From Macrostomum lignano (Eukaryota): 64,000 nucleotides of DNA. The position numbers and the translations under genes are program-made. How positions within the stretch are numbered: the first letter of the stretch is position 1; the number at the start of each line of letters is the position of its first letter. Shown one piece after another: positions 24,838-33,149 of the stretch. The DNA lies in assembly GCA_002269645.1 (NCBI GenBank), contig NIVC01002527.1, forward strand, positions 1 to 64,000, read 5' to 3'. The notes beneath the pieces were generated by a model. That model saw only the letters and a program-made list of their open reading frames with translations. It was not told where the DNA came from and ran no database searches.

Positions 24838-24884
24838 CTGCGGCAGAGAGGACATGTGTTGATGTGAATAAACAAAGTGGCAGT

Positions 24885-25462
24885 GAGTCAGTGGGTCAAT
24901 AATTCAGTGGGTCAATAATTCAGTGGGTCAATGATTCAGTGGGTCAATGATTCAGTAGGTCAATGATTCAGTGGGTCAATTTTACAGTAGGTCAATGATT
25001 CAGTGGGTCAATTAGACAGTGGGTCGATGATTCAGTGGGTCAATGACTTAGTAGTGAGTCAATGATTCAATAGGTCAATGATTCAGTGGGTCAATTATAC
25101 AGTGGGCCGATGATTCAGTGGGTCAATGACTTAGTAGTGAGTCAATGATTCAATAGGTCAATGATTCAGTGGGTCAATTATACAGTGGGTCAAGAGTGGA
25201 TCAATGAATCAGTAGGTCAATGATTCAATAGGTCAATGATTCAATGGGTCAATGATTTGGTAGGTCAATGATTCAGTGGGTCAATTATACAGTGGGTCAA
25301 GAGTGGGTCAATTATAGTGGGTCAAGAGTTGGTCAATGAGTCAGTAGGTCAATGATTCAATAGGTCAATGATTCAGTGGGTCAATTAAAGTGGGTCAAGA
25401 GTGGGTCAATGAGTCAGTAGGTCAATGATTTATTAGGTCAATTATACAGTGGGTCAATGAGT
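24885..25462. repeat. About 16-bp minisatellite (GTCAATGATTCAGTGG) filling intron 2 of the TUT-like gene
   Basis: Direct reading. Confidence 0.93.
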
Positions 25463-25486
25463 GGGTTATCAAGGCCGCACACTCAC

Positions 25487-25895
25487 CCTGCTCCATGTGA
25501 AACAGCACCAGCAGGGCCACAGCGTAGCCGGTCAGCGCTCCCTTACGCCTAATAAGCTGCCTGGACAGCGCCCACTCTCTCGTTACAACGGTCAGCAGGC
25601 GAAAAGCTTCGCTGAGCGAGGCCAGGCCGTTTAACAGGGCCGCGGCTCGCCTATGCTGCTGGCCGCCTCTGCCCAGCCTGACGGAGCAGCGCAGGTCAGC
25701 CTGCCGGTACACGCAGGTGACCACCGACACCTGCCGGCTGTGCATCACCTGGACGCGGATGAATTCGCCTTCACGACGCTGCAGCAAGCCAAAGATTTGA
25801 TCCGCCCGCTCGCGGTCGCGGCTGGCCGCGTCGGCCTGCGGAGCGGCTTCCGCTGCGGTGGGCGCATTGGCACCCGTTGGATCGTCATCCGGGAT
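25487..25895 (-). CDS. TUT-like gene exon 2
   Basis: Acceptor ttcccccccgcag|ATC, phase 0. RQVSVVTCVYRQADLRCSVRL ... FRLLTVVTREWA ... GALTGYAVALLVLFHMEQ aligns with TUT4/7 AKVPIVKF...GDISL...LGYTMKVFAK...GSLSSYAYILMVLYFLQ. Donor G|GTGAGT. Confidence 0.85.
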
Positions 25896-25959
25896 CTGCG
25901 GGGGGGAAGAGGGGGAGCGGAGCATTGAGTTTGGTAGCTGGTTCGTCTGTGCGGGACCT

Positions 25960-26272
25960 GTGAGGCTGAACTTGAGGATCTGTGAGGCTGAACTTGAGGA
26001 TCTGGGAGGCTGAACTTGAGGATCTGGGAGACTGAACTTGAGGATCTGGGAGACTGAACTTGAGGATCTGGGAGGCTGAACTTGAGGATCTGGGAGGCTG
26101 AACTTGAGGATCTGGGAGGCTGAACTTGAGGATCTGGGAGGCTGAACTTGAGGATCTGGGTGGCTGAACTTGAGGATCTGGGAGCCTGGTGGCGACTCAG
26201 CAACTGAGGATCCGGGAGGCTGGCCCAGCAACTGAGGATCTGGGAGGCTGGCCCAGCAACTAGGGATCTGGG
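25960..26272. repeat. 22-bp minisatellite (CTGAACTTGAGGATCTGGGAGG) plus 28-bp units of the 18585-19997 family, in TUT-like intron 1
   Basis: Shared core GAGGATCTGGGAGGCTG; GGCTGGCCCAGCAACT units at about 26215-26262. Confidence 0.93.
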
Positions 26273-26351
26273 AGATAACATCCCAAATAAACATGCTTAA
26301 AAGTGCGACACCGCGTGCAAGAACTCGCAAAGCTAAGGACAGAAGCCTCAC

Positions 26352-26573
26352 CTCAATGGAGAGATCCACACTGGAATTCTTGGAGGCGATGCCGCTGGCC
26401 GAGGAGCCGACCAGGTGCACCGTGGCCTTGGGCAGGGTCTCCGACACCAGCTCGGTGAGTCGGTCGATGGCCAGCTGTCGCTGGGCGGCCTCCTCAGCCG
26501 ACAGCAGAATGCAGTTATAAAACGCCTGCAGCTGCTCGCCCAGGCTGCGGTTTGACATGTACTCAGTGCTCAT
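26352..26573 (-). CDS. TUT/Cid1-family (pol-beta NTase fold) protein, exon 1 of 4; complement(join(22451..23705,24405..24837,25487..25895,26352..26573)), 772 aa; predicted catalytically inactive
   Basis: LSAEEAAQRQLAIDRLTELVSETLPKATVHLVGSSASGIASKNSSVDLSI matches the ncPAP/TUT helix plus GSS motif. Donor GAG|GTGAGG. All four exons splice in frame (2319 nt). Confidence 0.82.
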
Positions 26574-26751
26574 GGCTGGTGGGCTGCGAGGCTTTCTTAG
26601 AAAATGAGGAAGGAGAAAACATACTGATTTTTAAATGGGAGCACTTCTTCTAGTCTAAGTTCCTAATATTCTCTCTATTCACTATTGTTAAAAGGCAAAG
26701 CTTCTTAAATCCACAAATTCTTTTAATTGCACTATTAAGAGAATTATGCCT

Positions 26752-26974
26752 ACAGCAATTCTTAGAAACACACAGCTTCAACCACAGCAATTCTTAGAAA
26801 CACACAGCTTCCCCTATTGCAATTCTTAGAAACACACAGCTTCCCCTATTGCAATTCTTAGAAACACACAGCTTCAACCACAGCAATTCTTAGAAACACA
26901 CAGCTTCCCCTATTGCAATTCTTAGAACACACAACTTCCCCTATTGCAATTCTTAGAAACACACAGCTTCCCCT
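26752..26974. repeat. 32-bp minisatellite (GCAATTCTTAGAAACACACAGCTTCCCCTATT)
   Basis: About 7 units upstream of the TUT-like gene. Confidence 0.9.
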
Positions 26975-27584
26975 AAGTTGCTATTGCTAAGTTGCATTAG
27001 TTATTACAAAAATGTTTTGAAATAAGGACACGAAGCGAGAGGCACCGCATCAATCCAAAAGGAGCAAACTGTTAAAGGAAGCGACTCTTAACTATCGATT
27101 CTGAACTGGTGTACTTGCCATTTAAAATTACTAAGTTAGTCATAAATTAGCAACCAAAAAAATCATTCAACCGCAAATATCAATCTAACATTCACGGGAT
27201 TTTAGCGATCACAATAAATTTTTCCTCGAATACATGGCACAAGTAATCCACGTCGCTTCTAAAAGCAACAAGATTACTGTTGCGAAAATTGATTGAATAC
27301 GTTTAAGCAGTTTACAGTTACACAATTCTGTTTATTTATTTTTTCATTCTGTGTCAGAAGCCCACGAAGAGACAAAGGCTTCACCGCTGCAAAGCTGTTT
27401 GTTTGAGTCCCATTTAAACAAAAAACTTTCTATAGTAGGATTTGAAAAGCCTAATAACAACACGACGGACTCTCAATTAGAGGGCATTAGCACAGTTGAC
27501 TCGAGTGAGCTGATGCTGGTAGAAAAAGAATGGTCCAATTAGCGATTTGACTGTCTTAGAATTACCGTAAAGTCTTTATATAGG

Positions 27585-27812
27585 GTCAGGCGCTGTGTAC
27601 TGGCGCACTTTAAGCGACATTGTCATGTCACACAACCGACGAGAGGCATTACTGCCTATTCCGACTCCTCTGAGCAGGCACACATACTTCACTGTGCCTT
27701 GCTGGCAGAGCCAAGCCGAGATTCCAATTTAGCCCGAAACTAATTTGACTGCACTTGGAATCGAGCCTGGACCGCTGGCACATCAAGAGCGCCCACCAGA
27801 CCATCAGGCTCT
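27585..27812 (-). mobile_element. tRNA-derived SINE (family A), internally deleted copy
   Basis: Reverse complement matches both the head (caggctcgattccaagtgcagtca) and the 3' part (gcctctcg.cggttgtgtg...atgtcgcttaaagtgcgccag) of 60007-60376. Confidence 0.75.
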
Positions 27813-28014
27813 AGCTGTCTAGTGAGACACTGCGAACTAACCAAAACCAAATCAGCTTAACTTCCATGTTTCTCAATTTCAAATTTCTAATTTTAGAAAT
27901 CGGTATAAAGTGACTTTTAGTAAAGACCTTTCGAGTTTGTAAAACTACCTTTCCACATGCAGCTCACTTGAGCCAACGGACCAACGGACCAATAATTACA
28001 GTAAACCAACGTCT

Positions 28015-28278
28015 TTATTTCCCAACGTCTTCTTTCAGCGTGACAGTTCGATTAAAGATAAGCCGGCCAGGCGGGCTGGAGTCCTGATCCAGATAAAAAT
28101 AGCCCAGCCGTTCGAACTGCAGGCGGCGCTGAATGGCGGCAGCAGTCAGCAGGTAGCGATCGGCCAGGGCGCCGGGCTTCACCGCCAGAGAGTTCGGATT
28201 CATGGCCGCTATGAGGCCGTCGGGATGCTCCTCGGGGTTCTTCATGGTGAACAGCTGCTCGTATAAGCGGACCTCCAC
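28015..28278 (-). CDS. QARS1: Glutaminyl-tRNA synthetase exon 6 of 6
   Basis: Acceptor tatccaatccag|GTG; VEVRLYEQLF...LQFERLGYFYLDQDS...LIFNRTVTLKED. Confidence 0.95.
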   Translation of the reverse strand: MEVRLYEQLFTMKNPEEHPDGLIAAMNPNSLAVKPGALADRYLLTAAAIQRRLQFERLGYFYLDQDSSPPGRLIFNRTVTLKEDVGK

Positions 28279-28540
28279 CTGGATTGGATATTGTGTGACA
28301 GACAGAGTCGTTGCAGGTAACCCAGGTAAAAAAGAAAAGAAGTGACTCTGGACGACTCTAAAACACGACGCGATGTCACGGTACAAGTCGCCAAAAAGTA
28401 GCCTAAGAGTCAATTTGAAGCCTTTTATTGTCTGTGACTATGAAACGACTCTTGGGCCGTAAATTTGCACTTTAAAGCCCACAGCAGACATTTATTTCAA
28501 TCTTTTCTTGCCGCAAGAAAGGGGGTTGTTCTTTCTTCAG

Positions 28541-28830
28541 AGTTGTTAGCCTAGTGGTTGGAGCGTCGGGCTCATGACTTGAAGGTTGGGGGTTCGATTC
28601 CCGATCCCACTGGAACAGTTTGTGTCCTTGAGCAAGACACTCAACTCTGCATTGCTTCAGTTCACGCAGCTGTAAAATGGGTGCCAGCATTAGCTGGGGT
28701 AATTGAGGGTGAGTGTGGCCGTATGCAGCTTTAAAGATGCGCCGCGCAATAGCTGCGGCTGAGCCTTCGGTTGCACAACTGGCCCAATTGGGACAGGGTG
28801 TTAAAAATTGTTATTATTATTATCATTATA
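28541..28830 (+). mobile_element. tRNA(Met-like)-derived SINE with a CORE/Meta-type central domain and (ATT)n tail, in QARS1 intron 5
   Basis: TAGCCTAGTGG A-box; GGGCTCATGAC anticodon-like arm; GGTTCGATTCCC B-box; GTGTCCTTGAGCAAGACACT...CAGCTGTAAAATGGG; tail ttattattattatcatt. Confidence 0.75.
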
Positions 28831-28939
28831 TTGGACCAACACTACGAAAATAGTTTTCACTTTCTTTGCTTGCTACTAAATAAGTAGCAAGCGGATTTTA
28901 TCATCTTTATTCGCAATTAGGCCCGATTCCCGCTCTCAC

Positions 28940-29653
28940 CTGCACAGGATCCGCCACCCAATGCACAAAGCATTTCGGCTTGGCCGGCAGGCTGTCCAAC
29001 GGCAGACAGGCCACTCGGAGCTCGGACACCTGTCCGGCAGCGTTCCGGACAACCTGACGCACAGCGATGGCCACATTGGCGTGCTTCAGGCCGACTGGCT
29101 GGTCCTCGGTGAGCCGTTTGAACCCGGCGCCAGCGCCCGCCTTGCCGCCGTCGCGAAAATCTTCTCTCTCCAAGTAGAGCACGCCGGATGAGGCGGAGAA
29201 GCTGGCAATGGAATGCGAGCCCCGCTCCGGACTGGCCGGATAGTCTGGCACCGTCAGGGCGGCCGATTTGACGGCGTCCAGGCCTTCAACTATGGTGACC
29301 TTCAGCGGATCGAGTACAACCATGGTGCGCGGCGCCGATGTGTTAAGGATCTCTCTGGTGCAGGCGTCAAGGAGGCTGGGATCGATGTAGGCCGATGCCA
29401 TGGTGACGCCAACCTTGGCGGCGAATAGGTTCACAGCTTCTGGCGGGACACCGCGGCGGCGCAGCGCTGTGAGGGTGAACAGCCTGGGATCGTCCCAGTC
29501 AGCTACAGCTTTCTTCTGCACCAGGTTGAGAATCTTCCGCTTGGACATGACCGTGTTGCAGACGTTGAGCCGGCCGTACTCCCATTGCACCGGGCAGTAC
29601 AGGTCCAGCGCGTTGCACAGCCAGTAATAGGAGGACCGGCGGTTCTGGAACTC
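28940..29653 (-). CDS. QARS1: QARS1 exon 5
   Basis: EFQNRRSSYYWLCNAL...QWEYGRLN..VMSKRKI (KMSKS-equivalent)...WDDPRLFTLTALRRRG; phase 0 to 0. Confidence 0.97.
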
Positions 29654-29749
29654 CTGCGATTGTTGTTCACAGATGGGGGATGAGATTTGCTTGCGCGGTT
29701 GCTATGCGGTTTATAATAAGATAACTGCAGCCAGATGAGGGATCATTGA

Positions 29750-29910
29750 GGGAGGCGTCAGACAGCTGAAGGATCATGGAGGGGACACTAGGACATGAAT
29801 AAGTATGGAGGGGGACATTAGACACATGAAGGATCATGGAGGGGGCATCAGACACATGAAGGATCATGGAGGGGGCATCAGACACCTGAAGGATCATGGA
29901 GGGGACATCA
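29750..29910. repeat. 30-bp minisatellite (AGACACATGAAGGATCATGGAGGGGGCATC) in QARS1 intron 4
   Basis: Direct reading, about 5 units. Confidence 0.85.
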
Positions 29911-29966
29911 AACAGGGAGCAATAGCATGGAGGGGGCAATAGCCCCAAACGCCCCTAAAGGCTCAC

Positions 29967-30347
29967 CTTGGTGCACAGAGAGTGAGTAATGTTCTCAATG
30001 GAGTCGCACAAGCAGTGGGTGTAGTCATAGGTGGGATAGATGCACCACTTGCTGCCAGTCCGGTGGTGCCGGGCATATTTGATCCTGTAAGCCACGGGAT
30101 CCTGCTTGGAGTCCTCCATAGTGAGCCGCATTCTCAGGCAGGCCTCGCCCTCCGCGTACATGCCGGCCCGCATCGCCCTGAACAGCTGCAGCGACTCCTC
30201 GGCTGGCCGATCTCGCCAAGGCGACGGCGGCGGGTTGTGGCCCTTCAGCTGGTCTGGCGACTGATGGCACACGTAGGCCTTGCCGCGCATGATGAGGCTC
30301 TCAGCCCACTCGTACAGCTGGTCGAAGTTGTCCGACGCGTACGTCAC
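29967..30347 (-). CDS. QARS1: QARS1 exon 4
   Basis: [12 protein letters not shown]...GKAYVCHQ...SPWRDRP...DPVAYRIK...[27 protein letters not shown]. Confidence 0.97.
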
Positions 30348-30384
30348 CTGGTTGATGGAAGGGATGTGCGGGCTTGGAGTTAGG

Positions 30385-30545
30385 CGTTGGAGTGACGAGA
30401 GCAGTGAATTTGGTGACCCCAGAGTGACGAGAGCAGTGAATTTGGTGACCCCAGAGTGACGAGAACAGAGAATTTGGTGAACCGGAGTGACCAGAAAAGT
30501 TTAAATCGGCGTCGGAGTGACGAGAACAGTGAATTAGGGATCGGA
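30385..30545. repeat. 32-bp minisatellite (GAGTGACGAGAGCAGTGAATTTGGTGACCCCA) in QARS1 intron 3
   Basis: Direct reading, about 5 units. Confidence 0.85.
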
Positions 30546-30589
30546 GTGACAAGACAGTAGTCACAACTGGCTAATAAAGTTCCACCAAC

Positions 30590-30680
30590 CTTATAAGGCG
30601 TGTAGCCGAGCCACTCCACTATGTCACGAATGGCTACAAAGAATTTCTCCTCCTCTTTCTCCGGATTCGTGTCGTCATAT
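30590..30680 (-). CDS. QARS1: QARS1 exon 3 (91 nt, only partly in the ORF track)
   Basis: aaaatttcag|A TAT GAC GAC ACG AAT CCG = (R)[30 protein letters not shown]|gttggt. Confidence 0.95.
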
Positions 30681-30704
30681 CTGAAATTTTAACAAAGCGA
30701 GGGG

Positions 30705-31218
30705 ATTCTGGATAGGGTTCAGGGCGATTTTGGATAGGGTTCAGGGCGATTTTGGATAGGGTTCAGGACGACTCTGGATAGGGTTCAGGGCGATTCTGGA
30801 TAGGGTTCAGGGCGATTCTGGATAGGGTTCAGGGCAATTCTGGATAGTGTTCAGGGGCGATTATGGATAGGGTTCAGGGTGATTCTGGATAGGGTTCAGG
30901 TCGAATCTTGATAGGGTTCAGGAGCGATTATGGATAGGGTTCAGGGGCGATTATGGATAGGGTTCAGGGCGATTATGGATAGTGATCGGGGCAATTTTGG
31001 ATAGGGTTCAGGGGCGATTCTGGATAGGGTTCAGGGTGATTCTGGATAGGGTTCAGGGGCGATTCTGGATAGGGTTCAGGGCGATTCTGGATAGGGTTCA
31101 GGGCGACTCTGGATAGGGTTCAGGGTGATTCTGGATAGGGTTCAGGGGCGATTCTGGATAGGGTTCAGGGCGATTCTGGATAGGGTTCAGGGGCGATTAT
31201 GAGTAGGGTTTAGGGGCT
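30705..31218. repeat. 22-bp minisatellite (TTCTGGATAGGGTTCAGGGCGA) filling QARS1 intron 2
   Basis: Direct reading. Confidence 0.95.
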
Positions 31219-31235
31219 TCTAGCAATCAGCGCAC

Positions 31236-31694
31236 CTGAGATAGCAGTGCCCGTTGTGAGCTCGCGCGTAGCCGAAGTTAAAATTGATGGCTTTAGCGTG
31301 CCCGATATGGAGAATTCCGTTGGGCTCGGGAGGGAATCTCGTGAATACCTTGCCACCAGTCTGCTCGAGGTGCCGCCCGAGCAGAAATCGAGTCCGCGGC
31401 GTCATCACGTAGCCGTCAGTAAGGTAATTTTCGCCCGGCTTGTGAAATTTGGCCGCGTCGCCGCTGATCATCTGGTCGGCCAGGGAGCGGGTCTCTTCGC
31501 GGAAGACCTCCGCGTTCCCGTTGGCGGCGGCTGCGACTGCCGCTGGCTTGCCTCTGGCAGCTGGTTGCTTAGCAACTAAAGAGGCGTTGGCGGCGCCGGT
31601 TCGGTCAGCGTCGGTCTTGGGGCCCAGCAAGTGAAGGATTTGCACCTCGAATTCGCATTTCACCTGCTTGCCGTCGGCCCATTTCAGGTTGGAT
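31236..31694 (-). CDS. QARS1: QARS1 exon 2
   Basis: [12 protein letters not shown]...HLLGPK...FHKPGENY...[26 protein letters not shown] (HIGH motif); phase 2 to 2. Confidence 0.97.
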
Positions 31695-31759
31695 CTTTGA
31701 TAGCGGGGTAAAGGTGGGTAGGATTGCGTGGGACAGGATTGGCTTTAAACATTTCTTGG

Positions 31760-32360
31760 CTAGATATCCTACTAGATCTGAGCTAGATAACCTACTAGAT
31801 CTCAGCTAGATATCCAACTAGATCTCAGCTAGATAACCTACTAGATCTCAGCTAGATATCCAACTAGATCTCAGCTAGATATCCAACTAGATCTCAGCTA
31901 GATATCCAACTAGATCTGAGATAGATATCCAACTAGATCTGAGATAGATATCCAACTAGATCTCAGCTAGATATCCAACTAGATCTCAGCTAGATATCCA
32001 ACTAGATCTCAGCTAGATTTCCAACTAGATCTGAGATAGATATCTTACAAGATCTGAGATAGATATCTAACTAGATCTCAGCTAGATATCCAACTAGATC
32101 TGAGATAGATATCCAACTAGATCTGAGATAGATATCCAACTAGATCTGAGATAGATATCCAACTAGATCTGAGATAGATATCCAACTAGATCTCAGCTAG
32201 ATATCCAACTAGATCTGAGATAGATATCCAACTAGATCTCAGCTAGATATCCAACTAGATCTGAGATAGATATCCAACTAGATCTGAGATAGATATCCAA
32301 CTAGATCTGAGATAGATATCCAACTAGATCTGAGATAGATATACAACTAGATCTGAACTA
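31760..32360. repeat. 23-bp minisatellite (CTAGATCTCAGCTAGATATCCAA) filling QARS1 intron 1
   Basis: Direct reading. Confidence 0.95.
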
Positions 32361-32422
32361 GGTAATTAGACACAAGCACTAACTACGCCAAGACCCCCCA
32401 GAGAAGCTGTATGGACACAAAC

Positions 32423-32877
32423 CTGGCCTCTCCGAGAAGCTTATTTATTCCAAACGCATAACGCTGTGCCAGCAGCTCCTGCTTATGCTTATTAATCACT
32501 TCTTCTACCGCCCGTTCGATATCTTCGGGAGTGATTGACACTCCGATGCCGCAGGCGGCTTTGAAGGCGTCCAAGTCGCCGCTGCCGATTTGCTTGAGGC
32601 AGAAATCGCAGGCGGCTGTTACCTGGGCCTCCGTGGCCAGATCGCCGTTAATAATGTGGTTGACAATCAGTTCATGACCGGCAAATGCCTGCTTTTTCAG
32701 CTTAGTGCCAGTGTGGTAAATCAAATTTCCCTGCACTTTACTCAACTCCTTGGAGCCCAGCTTGTCCTTGGCGCAGCGGACCAAAGCCACTAAGCGCTCG
32801 GTGAGGTCTTTGTTTCGCATTGTTTCTTCAATCTTAGGCCCAGATAGGCCTAGACTGGCCAGACATTCATTTGCCAT
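32423..32877 (-). CDS. QARS1: Glutaminyl-tRNA synthetase exon 1 of 6; complement(join(28015..28278,28940..29653,29967..30347,30590..30680,31236..31694,32423..32877)), 787 aa
   Basis: Eukaryote-specific N-terminal domain (LGLSGPKIEETMRN...ACGIGVSITPEDIERAV...QRY); donor AG|GTTTGT; total 2364 nt in frame. Confidence 0.95.
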
Positions 32878-33149
32878 GCTTGTTGAAGTGCTCTGCGAAA
32901 ATAATAAGCAGATTTTTATAGTTATACATAAATAATTCAGTACATGGCTGCGGGCCACATGAGAAAGGAATTAAGGCGATAAAATAGATGAGAGATAACA
33001 GAGAGGAGAGGCGAGAGATAGGATCAGAGAAGAGATGAGAGCAGATAGGAGAAAAGAGATGAGAGAGGAGAGGAAAGAAGAGGGAGGGGAGAGAGAAAAG
33101 GGGTGAGGAGAGGGAATCATCTACTGCTTGTTTGCAGGGTTGCATACAA

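Noticed and set aside
28541-28615. Possible tRNA-Met gene (also tRNA-like heads at 12437 and 60007)
   Set aside because: The acceptor stem does not pair, and each head continues into a SINE body and tail.
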